From positions 23,992,709 to 24,056,708 of the forward strand of contig OZ316894.1 of the NCBI GenBank assembly GCA_973895155.1: DNA of 64,000 nucleotides, in the 5' to 3' direction. Position numbers and translations under genes: made by a program. The notes under the pieces were generated by a model, which saw only the letters and a program-made list of their open reading frames with translations, had not been told where the DNA came from and did not search any database. This document shows positions 1-13,600 of the stretch, one piece after another. Origin of the DNA: Marsupella aquatica (Eukaryota > Plantae > Marchantiophyta). The number at the start of each line of letters is the position of its first letter. Positions within the stretch are counted from its first letter, which is position 1.

Positions 1-65
1 GTCTTCATATCTAGTTATTTTCAAGGAACGGGTCATGGGGCTAGGACACAAATATTACTCAATTT

Positions 66-387
66 GGGCCAGGTTCCATGGGCCAGGGGTAGGGAGTATG
101 GTCACTCCCTCTCACATCCCCTGGGACCCAAATACATCGTATGCCAAGGTGGATACAGTATTTTAAATGTATGAATTTTGACTGAGGAGCCAATGAGAAT
201 ACCCCATACTGTTTTTATAGAGGGGCAAGGGGGTACCCCTGAAGTTTAACAGGACTGTGAGGGAAAACCTTACTCCTTGATACAGTATTCGTACACCCTT
301 CAGTCCCTGGAAAAGCTACAATCTTATTTGTTTAAAAATTCTGACAGCATCCCTACTCCTTACTCCCAGCCCCATGGAACCTAGCTC
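66..387. mobile_element. Tourist-like (PIF/Harbinger) MITE
   Basis: Left end GGGCCAGGTTCCATGGG (66-82) is an imperfect inverted repeat of right end CCCATGGAACCTAGCTC (371-387). Flanks are TTT/TTA and there is no coding capacity. Confidence 0.45.
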
Positions 388-741
388 TTAGTTTCTATAA
401 ACATTATTTTCAGGGAGTTGGTCATGGGGCTGGCACACAAATATTATTGTAGTAGTTTCTATAAACATTGAAAGGGTGGGCATGTAGGCTCGCTCGTGGC
501 CGGCGACTGTTGCTACGAAACCTCTGAATCTCGTCCCTGGAATGGGAATTCTCGTAGTCGGTTATCCACTTTGGAGATCACAACTCCGTCGCTGTTTCCG
601 CGGAGTATAGTGGTTCTGTCTATGGACGACACTTTGTTGAGGTAGACCTAAAATCTCGGAGTTCCTCAATGTAGTTATGAGGTCGTGCTCGAGAGTACCG
701 TAGGGCCTCAAACCGCTTGAAGGATTGATTGCTCCACCACG

Positions 742-3700
742 ATGAGCGGTGCATTGCCCCCCTCTCCCTCTCGAGGCTCTCGAGGTGTGATCCTGGAGCA
801 GCTCCAATCAGATGCGCCCCAGTCGCCTCTAGTGGGGCATCTTCGGAGTCGCCTGAGCCTCACTGACGACGCAGCGGCAGTATCGCCATCGTCATCGCCG
901 TCTTCGATGACAGCCCGCTCACCGATCAATTCGGGTTCTGAACTGCTTAAGTTGCCCGCTGCTGCCGCATCTCAGGTCGATAATGGTGCGGAGAAACAAC
1001 CTGTGAAGTCTCGGGGGTCAGGAGCACCAGTGGAGGAAGGGACGAGAGTCAAGACGCATTCTCATAGGCCCATTTCGGCCGATTTCTTGAACACCAGCGC
1101 CTCGGCAGTGGGAGCAGCGCAAAGTCGAGATTCGGCTGGCAGTGGCGGCCACTCAGGGACTGAAGCAATGAGGGAGAGTGTCAGTTTGGGTGCTAGTAGT
1201 AGTGGGAGGCCGGAGAGCTACGTCTTGGTGCACAATGTCGCCAAAAGACACAATTTGGGAACTCTCGCTCGCAGTGCCACCGCTTTTGGTGTCACCGAGC
1301 TTATTCTGGTCGGCAGAAAGGACTTCAACGCATTCGGGAGCCACGGAGCGTCGCTGCACATACAGTTCCGGCATTTCCACACGCTCCCCGAGGCCGCGCT
1401 TTACCTTAAGGTGAGTTGACATTGTACATATCCCCCCTCTCAAGCACTTTGAGCTTGTGGATTTGAGAAATGGATAAAGCGTCAAGTGTTGTTGTTGAAT
1501 CGGGAGGGATTACATCATATTTACTTTCATCCTGTGTCGTGTGAGATTCTCGGTTCTTTATGCTTTTTGTCCTGTGTAGCTGTCTTGTTGTTGTAGTTCT
1601 GAGTCCAATGTGCACCCTTTGTTCATTATACGGGGTCAGTGTTTGTTTTTGCCCTATGCTGGTTGACAAGGCTCCCCTCCATTTCCACCGCTTCTAGTTG
1701 CGAAGGCCTAAAGCTTTGATCCCTTGGACAAGCCGACTGGTCTGGGGAGAGGACTTTGTGTCAGCCGATTGGTGTGTCAAATCGTTGGGATCAAAGCTTT
1801 AGGCCTTCGCATCACAAAGTCTTGACAGCCGATTGATGTGTCAAATCGTTTTTCTCTATGGGACATATGATCTCCTTTGCCTGTTGATACTCAAGCCCTA
1901 GCAAGACCGTATGTTTCTGTTTATGTTACAGGGGGTGTAGTTTGTTCTGGGCCATACCGCTAAACAATACTTCCCTCCTTTCGAACGGCACTGGTTGCGT
2001 TATGGCCTAAAGTATTGGTACATTACACAAGCAAACCAATCTCACAAGCAGACTGATCTCACAGGCTGTGGATTTTCCCTAGTGATGTGACTCGGTACCA
2101 TCTTTCAATTTATGGTTTGAGGGAAGGTTTGATTGACGTGCATTTCAAGTCGATGTTGGTACCCGGTCGTCATGTTTATTCTTTTAAAATGGGGTATGGT
2201 TTGTTTTGGGCTCTACCGCTCGGCAATACTTGCCCACTTCACGACTGCATTTGTTGAGTGCTAATTTATATGCAAACTAGGCCGAATTTGATTGACCTCC
2301 AGCGAAACAGTTATCGTTGATGCCCTTGCAAGGCTTTATGTTTCAATTTATGTTACATGCGGCGTAGTTTGTTCTGGGCTATACTACGAAACAATACTTC
2401 CCTCCTTCACAACCGCACTGGTTGAACCAAGGCCTAAAGTATTGATACATTTCCAATCCTCAGGAGACTATAGTTTTACCGGAAGAAGTTTAAACTTCAA
2501 TAGATCTTAATTTTGGACTCTGCCACGGTTCCATTTACTTTCCACCGCGAAATCCACGCCAGCAGATTTCTTCGATGCGAGCTTTTCTTCTTAAGGTCTC
2601 AAAGTTTATAGAGCCTTGTCCATCGAGGGTTTGGTTGTGCACAAACCTGAGACTCAGTGTTTCCTTTCACCACCATGACCGGCTGTATGCAAGGGTGACG
2701 ATGTGGCAGATTTCTAAGTTTGTTCAGTGTTTGCTCGGGCTTAGCAAGAGAGTTCTCAATGTGTATGCTTATGAATTTGTTTATTAACCATTGCGGTCTC
2801 GTTATGCTTCTGTCATAGGCAAAGGACGTAGACATATGTGGTGTTGAGATCATGGAAGGAGCTAGACCAGTGCATAAACATCCGTTCACGCGCAGCACAG
2901 CCTTTGTGTTAGGAAATGAGGTGTGGGAAATGCCGTTTTTCTTGCCCAACGTCATCTGATTTCTAGGTTAGACGTGGCAATAGAAGCACCGTCTTTCAGT
3001 GTGATATCTGAATTGTATTAGCCTCAGTACTGGAATATGTTCTTTCACTGTTGCACTATACTTTTAGACAGTGGATATGTTCAGATGTCCTTCTTCAATA
3101 TATTTTGTTACTGGTCAGGTGAGGACCCTTTTGAACTAGCATTAAATTCAGCTAATTTAGTTGCTTGTATTTCAGGGCACGGGACTGTCAAAGAAGGAAA
3201 TGGACAGTTGCAGTTTTTTTGTGTACATTCCCCAGTGCGGGTCAGGGACAGCGTCCCTGAACGTAACTGTAGCTGCTTCAATCGTCCTTCACCATTTTTC
3301 AGGTCAGTTTGCTACTCTTCCTACTTGGCTGTGCTCACTAATACAGAACAAGCCTTGCAACAGCGTAAAACAGACGTGTTCTCTTTTCTACAGTTGTTTC
3401 AAATAGTCTCGTTTTGAGATGCCTTCTTTTTGAAGCGGGATCCCTAATACTGACTCGCTGTTCTTTTAAATCCAGTGTGGGCAGGATTTGCTGAGAGGGA
3501 GCGCGAAGGCCAAAAGTTCGTTGTTGCAGAAAGGCCCATGAGAACGATGCATCGTAATGTAGTGGAAGATCCAGATGCACTGAAGGAGAGAAGACGACTG
3601 AAGGCGGACTGCGGATCAGATGACTGGCTGCTTTGTGATGGAGAAGACGAGAACGAATCTACTGAAACCTTAGAAGGAAGAGAGATAGGAACAATCGAGT

Positions 3701-3756
3701 TCCCCAACAGTAGAAAGTCCGGATTGCTGAGCTCATTGAATAGTCTCTACAGTTAA
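742..3756 (+). CDS. SpoU/TrmH-family tRNA/rRNA 2'-O-methyltransferase, 4 exons
   Basis: Exons 742-1410, 2819-2920, 3176-3302 and 3476-3756 are joined by GT-AG introns in consistent phase. SPOUT motifs: VHNVAKRHNLGTLARSATAFG, AFVLGNEGTGL, YIPQCGSGTASLNVTVAASIVLHHF. The N-terminal extension is long and Ser-rich. Confidence 0.92.
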
Positions 3757-4738
3757 CCATAAATTTCATTGTATCAAAGAAATCATTCATAAGACTACAC
3801 ACAATTTACTTGTGCCGTGGATCCTTGTGTGTTCCCTAAGCGGGACTGGTACTTCGTTTCCCTCGACGGGGGAAACATTCCCTCTTCGGACGTGTAACTC
3901 AGTGTATTCTCATCATGCATCTCGTCAAATCCTCTGTCGAGGGAGTACATGGCCTCGTGCAGATCAACTTTGAACATGTGTCAGGAATTGCTTTTGAGTT
4001 TGTAGCTGTCGCTTGTCCTTGGGGTCTTTGTTTGGAGCCCATCTACTGCCGATCTAAATTTGATGGAGAGGATGGAGAGGATACGTCCACTTGAGATGTC
4101 TTCTTCTCTTACTAAGGCTCCCTGTTGTTCGATGGGGCATTTATTTTTTGTGCTCGGGCCCAGGTGTTATGGCTAGGTTGGTTTCCACGTGGGCTGCACC
4201 CACGTTAGGATCCGCAGCAAGTGCATTTGTCACAACATGTTGCACTTGGTTGGGCCTAATTCTGTGGCCAGGCCAATTCTCTGGGTGCCTTATCTAATTT
4301 GTTGTTTCTACGATAAAGTTGTACAGTCATGTGAATTTATATTAAATTTATGATTGCATTTGTGAGGTGATGGTCCAAATGCTGTTCGTCATGGCCACAT
4401 TACTGTAGTTGTGACGTATTGGCCTCTGCAAGGGGTCCACGTAGGATCGTATTTGTGATTTGATGACCTCTATTAGTCAGTCGAACGTGATTGTATTCTT
4501 ATGCTGATGATGATAATCACCAATGAGTTTGGCCTCTACAACAGATCCACACAGGATTGTATTTGTGATTTGACCTTATTAGTCAATCCAACACATGGTA
4601 TTTGTGTGCTGATGATCTCTAGTCACCATGGACTTTATCTATGAGTCAAAATTAGTGTCTTGATGACCTCTATAAGTCAGTCAAAACATGATTCTTTGTG
4701 TGTGTTGATCACCTCTGACAGTCACCAATGATTTCATC

Positions 4739-5010
4739 TGTGATTATCTCTATGCCATCGGATAGTATATCACCTCTTTTGATTTTGAGGAGCCTAAGAT
4801 GAGGCAGGTCTTATATATGCTTTGATTTTATTTGTGATTATCTCTATGACATCGGGTAGTATATCACCTCTTTTGATTTTGAGGAGCTTAAGATGAGGCA
4901 GGTCTTATATATGCTTTGATTTTATTTGTGATTCTCACTATGACATAGGATAGTGTATCATAGACCTGAGGAGCTTAAGATGAGACAGGTCCCTTCATAT
5001 ATGCTTTAGG
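4739..5010. repeat. ~94-bp tandem repeat, 3 copies (third degenerate)
   Basis: The unit TGTGATTATCTCTATG...GATGAGGCAGGTCTTATATATGCTTT starts at 4739, 4833 and 4927. Confidence 0.85.
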
Positions 5011-5198
5011 GGACCCACCAACAATGGGCCTGCCAATAGTGGTTCATGGATGGTTAGACATTTTTGGCTCCCAATCAGAAAAATAGATAGGGGAGGGTCA
5101 TATATGCTTTTAGGGACCTTTTGGATTCGAATAAATTTCTTTGGGCTTCCAAAAAGAAAATTAAAAAAATGTGGGAGCTTTGGGGGTTTTGTAAAAAA

Positions 5199-5334
5199 CT
5201 GCACCCGAGGGTCATCTATGCTTTTGAGAACCTGCCAGGAGCGGACCATATAATCCATGTTCAAAAACACTGCACCCGAGGGTCATCTATGCTTTTCAGA
5301 ACCTGCCAAGAGCGGACCATATAATCCATGTTCA
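5199..5334. repeat. ~71-bp tandem duplication
   Basis: CTGCACCCGAGGGTCATCTATGCTTTT...ATAATCCATGTTCA occurs at 5199 and 5270. Confidence 0.85.
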
Positions 5335-8300
5335 CCTGTTTGACAGTTTTAAATCATAATTTCACATTGCTATATTTCAAATCACAATTTGACACTGTTA
5401 TATGGTGAATACAATTTTCATGTTTATATTTTCATGTATAAATATTATTGCTTTAGATAATAATAATCAATTTGATGTACTAATAATTGAATTGGTTATT
5501 ATTATCTGGAAGCAAATAAAAATATATTGAATTGATTATCATTACCTAGAAGCAAATAAAAATATATATCTTATGTGCATAATTTTTAAAATATTTTTCT
5601 TTGCATGTGTAATTATGGGAAGATGAAGCCCAGATGGACCCTTCAGGTTTGTCAGAATGCTCCTTACTATAAACTTATGCAACCCGGATGGACCTCGATG
5701 TTTAATCATGATTAACTCTGGTAATACTGTTTCCTGTTCTCACTCAAATATGACATGTAAGTGGGTGGAAACCTGCTACAGGGTGTATTCTATCCATTCC
5801 AGCCGGGAAGCTTCACCTATGTACAGTAACCATTTGCACTTCATGATCAGGCTTCAATTTTTTTATATCAGTAATCTATCCATCGATGTACAGTAACCAT
5901 GTGCACTTCATGATCAGGCTTTAATTTTTTTTATATCACTAATTCATCTATCGTTGCTTCTGGAAGAACTGACGTAGTGGAAGTACATCCAAAATGACAC
6001 TAAACTACTAAAGACTAGTTAGACTTGGGTAATTGTAACGTCCAAGCAAACAGCAAAAAAAATTCCTCGCATGAACAAAAAACATTCTTGCAAAACCCCT
6101 AGTTTTCTACATCCAACTGCCTCGCTACCAACTACCTGGCTGGTAACATCCCTTTTGGGGACACCCCTTTTTGCTAGTGAGCTGGCTAGCAATCTGGAGT
6201 CTTTAAAAAAACACAAAGAATATAAAAGGCACCAAAAAGCAAATGAAAAATGAAACCATTAGTGTATGCTAATAACATTCTCTTTGCTATCTCCTGTTTG
6301 CTCGTAACATAGAATACCTGGTTAGACTTCAGTACATCCAAAATGACATTAAAGACCAGGTTAGATTTCATGCCTGACTCCCTATGACTGTCAGGCTGGG
6401 CACAGTCCACCAGGGACTCCCTGTTCAATAGGTCCATCCAAGCTTCTTTTTCATACCCATGGTTTTGTGTATTATCTCACTCACAAAAGATATTATTTTC
6501 TTGGCATGTATTCTACATTTTACTCTCTTCTTTAATCTTAAATAAATTAGATGAATTACATATCACTACAAGGCAAAAAAAAAGGCATGTTCAAATTTGA
6601 ACATGTTGTATCCATGTTCACCTGTTTTGGTTAGTTTTTCTAAAAATAATGCAGACACAAGCACTCTATTTTCTGTTATTTAGGTTATTTTAATTATATT
6701 ATATATTGCAAAATCTGGGATGACGTTAGAATAGTAACACTTGGTGGCAGTGATATTTAATCGCAAATTGTTGCCTAAATCTTCGCTTCTCTAGCCATGT
6801 GACAAAGAAAAATCAGAGGAACAAATATAAAGCAAAATTTGCCACAATTGTTAAAGAATATTAAATCACCAGCCATATCTTTGAAGATCTGATACTGGTC
6901 CTCCTTTAGATCAAGAGAGATCTAAGGCTTTTCATAAAATTTAATAATATTTATATGTAGATATTAGGTGACGGAAGTAAAAGTTGTTGTATTTTACATT
7001 CTATGAACATCTGTAGGCAAATTGTTTAAAATGGGCCAGGGGTGTCTTTACAATCATATTGCTTGAAACCATTGATTTCATTCATAATCAAATGATAAAA
7101 TCCCAAAGGTAGTGCAGAAACTGATGTCCATCCTCAAGAGCGACCTAAGAAGTAGATCAAGAAATTTCATTGGTTGACCCTTGAATAAGATGATAAAAAA
7201 ACAGCATTTTCTATTCGATGAAAAATCAATCTTTTATTAAAAAAAACTGCTTACGTTCCAATTTATAAAGAGGAAAAAGATAATTATCTTTTTTGACATT
7301 TAAGTGAAATAAGCATTTGGGTAAAAGTGCAAAGGGCAGTTTGCACTGACTTTGGGTTCTAAAACCGAGGTTCCAGGGCTTATAAATGGTTGGAACATTG
7401 TGCAGCACAGGTCCCTCTTGACCACTCCTCCCAAACATGATGGACTATAAGCCCAGGATGCCCCATTGGCCTGCTGCAAGTATTTTCCTATGAAAGTCAG
7501 ACATACGCATAGAAATATGGGCATTATTCCTAACCAAAAAAGAGCCTCGCACGGAGCACTTGCTATGAAATTAATAGAACCTAAGATTTAGGAAATGCCT
7601 GATAAATGAATGCTAAAAATGCCATGTAGAAATAAGTATGATAGTACCAGTAGAAAAGGAGCACCCGTGGAAATATGTATACTAACCAACAATTGAAATA
7701 GTATGGGTACTGCTGTGTCACGAAGCACAACCCGTTCACTCCCCCCCCCCCCCCACACACCATTGGACACCCTGGGGACCTTGTTGAGGCCCGTCCTAAC
7801 TATAATAGATTTTGAAAGGTCCCTGCCGCCCTGGCCAAAACCTTAGCTGTTGTGCCTAGTTTGAATTTGGCAGCATAGCTTATTTAGGCCCAAACAATAG
7901 ATACAATGGGCTGATTCATGTAATCTCAGACCCTACATTTTTTGCCTTGTGTTATGAATCCATCCGAGGTACATCAGAGACCCCCAGTTCTAATGCAAAA
8001 ACTTTGAATGGTTTGTTTAATTAAATGAGAAACAAAAGACGGGCCTGGTTGAGTTCTCACCCGCTCAAGGTCTTGTAAAGCCTGGGCGGAAGGAGAAACA
8101 TCCCATAGGCATCAATGGCCAAAGAAAGTGCTATGGGGAACAGATTGTATGAAGTTTTTAGGGCCATCTGACCCTACCCCATTCCAAGTATACTGTGTGT
8201 TCCTCTCAGTTCCAATCTGACTAACTTGGGATGACTGTTTTGAAATATCCCAGTCTTGGTGCTCTTGCTGGAGCAACCATAGCCAGATTGAGAAAGCAAA

Positions 8301-8548
8301 TCCCGCTATCCTACAATGACTTAGTTAGGAAGAGGTGCAGGGGGTTAGCCCCCCCCCCCTTGTGGTGGTCTAAGGAGGGCTAGTAGCGCTTATATGGCTA
8401 TAGGAGTTGTACGGTCATATTCCCTGGGTTGGTTTGATGTTGTTATAGGCCGTAACTTGTAGCACTTCTGGTTTAGATATACTGTCCCTGACCAGATGGC
8501 GATATTTGTCCCACATTTACTACCTCCTAAACCTTAATGCATTAGCTA

Positions 8549-9852
8549 CACTCTTTACAGTATTTAGTCTCACACACTCTAATTACTGTGAGGTTATATT
8601 TGAGGTAAGTGAAGGTAATTAGGGTGTGTGACACCAATATAGTATGACACTAATTGTGGTCACAAGTCAAATAATGTCACACACACTTAAAGTTAAAAAC
8701 AAAGAATGGACAATAGTTAAAATTTGCTTATGAAAAAGCTAAAAATGTGCACAATATTTGATTACAATTTACAAAACTTACTACTCATTCAAGCATTGAG
8801 AAAACTTCAGAAACTTATAACTCCTTTCATATACTATTCAAATATTGAGCAAACTTCAGAAATTTATAACTCCTCATATTTGCAGTTTACTCTTGAACCA
8901 CATTGAGTAAACAAGATCTCTTTGATTCACTTCAATCAACTATGAATAGCAGATGTTGTCTCACATAAGCTACAAACTAACATTTTTTCACTCTCCTACA
9001 ATCTGTCCCATGTGTCTCATCCTTGCAAGACATTGTACAACCCCAAGAGAAGAGGGTTGAGCTGGCTCTTCACCTGGTTCACCAATATCAGGAGCCACTT
9101 CAACAGTAGCATCAATGTCAAGGCCAACTCGACTCCTTTAAAACTTCACTCGATATTTCGTTATGATATTCTGAAGCTCAGGTGTAAGTTGATTTTCAGA
9201 CTATAAACCATTGACATTTAGAGACAAACTGGTGTTTATCATTGAATTTTGTGCATAAGACATGTAATGTCTGTCAACAGAACTGTTCACCTCAGCTACA
9301 AAGTCCCTTGCCAATGTCAAAAATCAATGTTTGCCTTCATGTTTGCCTGGATTTATCAATTTCCCAGATGTGCCCCGTGTCCCAATCCCCACATTTTTTA
9401 AGTCTTCATTTATCATTTTTTGAAATGCAGCGAGGATAACCCAAACGAGATGCAAACTAATTACTAGTGACATTTTGATATAGTCTTGATTCTCTTTCCC
9501 TTGTGTTAGCAAATCCAACTATGACGACCAATCCATTCCCACCATGTTATAAATCTATCAAACTCCTTTCACAAAGACTGACAAGATAAAACACAAAGAA
9601 ACTTTCTAAGAACATACACACAAAGAGATGTTCTTGGTAGTTTGGATAATTTTGGAGTGAGAGCAGTTTAGGGTAATAACAGTCACCTCTAATTATCAAT
9701 ATTTTTCAATATATTAATTTATTTTTCAAAATTAAGGGTGGCGGTATATAGTGTCACTTGGCTGAAAATCAAGAGCTACCCCTAATCAGTGTGTGTGACA
9801 CTATTTGTTAGTGACACTAATTTTTTTGTGACACTAAATACTATAAAGAGTG
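8549..9852 (-). mobile_element. Degenerate Tc1/mariner-pogo-like DNA transposon
   Basis: TIRs CACTCTTTACAGTATTTAGTCTCACA / TGTGACACTAAATACTATAAAGAGTG are each flanked by TA (8547-48, 9853-54). The minus strand at ~9140-9360 reads as a stop-interrupted transposase-like C-terminus (NPGK...TLARDFVAEVNSSVDRHYMSYAQNSMINTSLSLNVNGL*SENQLTPELQNII). Confidence 0.6.
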
Positions 9853-10171
9853 TAGTTCATATCCCTCACAAGTTATAGAGAATAAATGCGGTCCGGATTC
9901 AAACGCCTAGAGTTGTCTAGAATATCCTCCTGATGTGTTCAATACTTACTGATGTCAAAACATAACACCCTTTACTCTTTTGCATTCAGATTAGTTAACA
10001 GTATTGGTGTCAGCAAAAATGCTCCTATTTGTTAGAATACTCTCGAGAGTGCTTTCAGTCTGTTTGTTGGTTAGAGTACAAGAATTCTACCAAGTGATCG
10101 TAGAAATGTACACTATTGTGAAAGTGTACAGAATCATTAAATACACACTTTAGGTTGGACTTAGTGAAAGC

Positions 10172-10278
10172 TGTTTGATTGTGATAATAATAGTATCAGT
10201 ATAGTCTCGGTAATGGTACATATGGTGGTGCCGGGATGACCGGCTGATCCGGTCATCCGGTCAAGGTAGAGTCTAACA
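10172..10278 (-). repeat. 3' LTR of the copia element (107 bp)
   Basis: Identical to 16641-16747 on base-by-base reading. Preceded on the minus strand by a purine tract. Confidence 0.95.
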
Positions 10279-10608
10279 CTCCCCTTTGGATATATAGTGA
10301 CAACTATATAGACAACATAGACTATACCTAAATTATATCATGTTCATAGGGGTACATGATATAAGTACAATCGAGGTAGACTGCCTCGTTAAAAAACCTT
10401 TATCAACTCTAGCTTAGTAAAAACTCTACCAATGTAGCAGAGAAAAAAAAAGTGCTAAAGGAAAAAGAGTGCAGCCTAACAGTCCTCGTTGTAATAAATG
10501 TCAATATAAAGTTAAAGTTATAGTAAAACTAAGTTTAACATCTATCTCGACAATGGGTTGTCAGCATCATGTGGTCAGCATATCATCAGCATCATGTCGT
10601 CAGCATCA

Positions 10609-13600
10609 TCAAGTATCATGTGGAGCAGCAGCCTCCATGGTCATCATGCATCGCATGCTCCGTAGTCCAATCGCCTGGCAGTGTCGGTGATGGACTGATG
10701 GCGGTAGTGATTTGGTGAAGAGATCCGCGCAGTTGTCTGCACTTGAAATCTGCAAAATGTTGATCTCTTTTCCATGTAGCTCGTGGGTGTAGAAAAACTT
10801 CGGAGCTATATGCTTCACGCGATCGCCTTTGATGAATCCTTTCGTGATCTGTTGTATACATGCTGCGTTATCCTCAAAAATGTTAGTAGGTTTCGTTAGT
10901 GGTGGTAGGCCGCATTTGGTGTTGATGTGGTTTATAAAGGATCTTAACCAAACGGCTTCACGACTAGCCTCATGTAGAGCTAAGATTTCTGAGTGATTCG
11001 ATGAGGTTGCTGTTAGGGTCTGTTTCACGCTTTTCCAAGAAAAAGCGGTACCCCCTATAGTAAAAACATATCCGGTTTGGGATTTTGCGGTGTCAGTGTC
11101 GGAAAGATATCCGGCATCCGCATATCCTATGAGTTCGTGGTTTGCACCGAATGGGTAAAATAACCCTGTATCGGTGGTGCCACGCAAATACCTAAATACG
11201 TGCTTAACTCCATTCTAGTGTCTGGCTGTGGGAGTTGCACTATGTCTGGCTAGTAAATTAACAGCAAATGCAATGTCTGGCCTAGTCTGATTTGCTAGGT
11301 ACATTAATGCTCCTATTGCAGAAAGATATGGAGTTTCTAGTCCTAATATAGGTTCATGTTCTTCGCGCTTGCGAAAAACATCAGTAGTGTTTTCTAATGA
11401 ACGTACAACCATTGGTGACGTCAATGGGTGTGCTAGGTTCATGTTGAACTGTTTTAGGATCTTTTCAGTTTGTGTAGTTTGATGGAGTATCATACCAGTA
11501 GGTAAGATCTCCAGTTGTAATCCTAAGCAAAAGTTTGTATGTCCAAGGTCTTTCATCTCAAATGTTGATTTAAGACGTGTAATAGTATCTTCGGTAATTT
11601 GGGGTGTCCCAAATATATTTAAGTCATCAACATAAATGGAAACGATGACATATTCATCATTCACATGTTTAATAAATAAACATGGTGTAATGGCATCATG
11701 GGAAAAACCCATGGCAATCATTTCATCAGTAAATCTTTGATACCATACTCTGCCACTTTGTTTCAGGCCATATAATGCCTTCAACACGCGGATAGCTAGT
11801 CCGCGGCGAGTATTCCGTACGGTTGACATAGCGGTGTCGTTATTATGAGTTACATGTGTAGATGACACATTAGGTGTAACTTGAGATAATTGTGTTATAA
11901 TCTTATGTAGATATGAGATATGCGATTTAGCGCCTTGAGCTAAAGCTCGGCGACGTTGCTCTAAATCGGGAGGTGATCGCATGTATAGACAAGTGTCTAA
12001 AGTGCCATATAAGTATGCAGTTGCAACATCTAATTGTCGCATTTGTAGTTGGTGGAAAATGGCAAATCCGATAAGATATCGGAATGTTGTGCTATCCATA
12101 ACCGGTGAGTAAGTTTCATCGTAATGAATTCCCGGTTGTTGGGTAAATTCTTTCCCTACCAAACGTGCTTTGTAACGTACAACTTGGCCTTTATCGTTTC
12201 TTTTTCGGACGAATGTCCACTTGTAGCCAATGAGGTGTACGTCTTGCAGTGTTGGCTCGACTGGGCCAAAAGTGTGTCTGCTTAGTAGGGAATCTAGTTC
12301 TCCGTTTATAGCTTTTTGCCATTCAGGCCAATCTGGTCTGTTTTGGCATTCTAAAATGGATATTGGTTCTGGTGTCTCGTTTGTAATATGTGTTGCTACC
12401 ATTAATGCAAAAGCATCATCTATTGAAGTAGTATTTCTATCCCACATCTCACCGGTGTGTGCGTAGTGGATAGAAATCTCTTCATGAGTTGTGGATTCTG
12501 TGTGATCGATATCAGGTGAAGGTGGTATAGATGAACCGCGCCTTCTTGGTTGTTTATCCTTGGATCCCAAAGGTCTTCCTCGTTTTGCACGAGGTTGGGA
12601 TGTACTTGCTGGCTCACTTGATAATTCGATGCGAGCAGATGCTCTCGCAGCTGGATGATGAGAGCGGCTGACTTGGGATGTATCGACGAAAGCGTCGGGA
12701 AGTTCACAATCTTGTGGAGTTGTAAAATTCTTTGAACTTCTTTCTCCCCTTGATTCATTCTAAGGTCTTGCCAAAATGGCGAGTGTCGTTCCCACTCCAA
12801 AGGTGGTTGTGGGTTTTTAGGGGTTATTAATGGTGGGTAAATATGTTCGTCGAAATGACAATCTAGAAATCTGGCTTTAAAAACATCGCCAGTTGTGGGC
12901 TCCATGTATCGGATTATGGACGGTGAGTCGAATCCGATGTATATCCCCGACTGTCGTTGGGGTCCCATCTTGGTTCGTTTGGGTGGAGTAATGGGGACCA
13001 TTACTTGACATCCAAATGAACGAAGATGTGATAGATCAGGTTTAATACCGTTAGCTATTTGGTATGGGCTATAGGTATTAAATGCCGATGGGCGATATTA
13101 GATTAATGCATTCGCCTGTAATATGGCGTGTCCCCATGCTGAGACGGGGAGTTTTGACTGCATTAGTAATGGGTGTGCAATTAACTGAAGGCGTTTAATG
13201 ACCGCTTCAGCTAATCCATTCTGGAAATGCACATGAGGTACAGGATATTGTACGTTTATGCCAAGTGATGTGCAAAAGTCATCAAACGTTTCGGATGTGA
13301 ATTCCCCTGCATTGTCTACCCTTAGTGTCTTAATGGGGTGATCGGGGAATTGTGCTTTCACGCGCAAGATTTGCGCCAAAATGCGAGGTAGAACCATGTT
13401 CCTCGTTGAAAGCAAGGTCACATTTGACCATTTAGTTGATGCGTCAATTAAAACCATAAAGTAGCGGAAAGGTCCGCTCGGTGGGTTAATTGGTCCGCAA
13501 ACATCTGCATGGATTATTTCCAAGAATTGGGGTATTTTAGTTGGTAATTTTGATGCCGTGGGCCTTGTTATTAACTTGCCGCGTGAGCATGCAGTGCATG

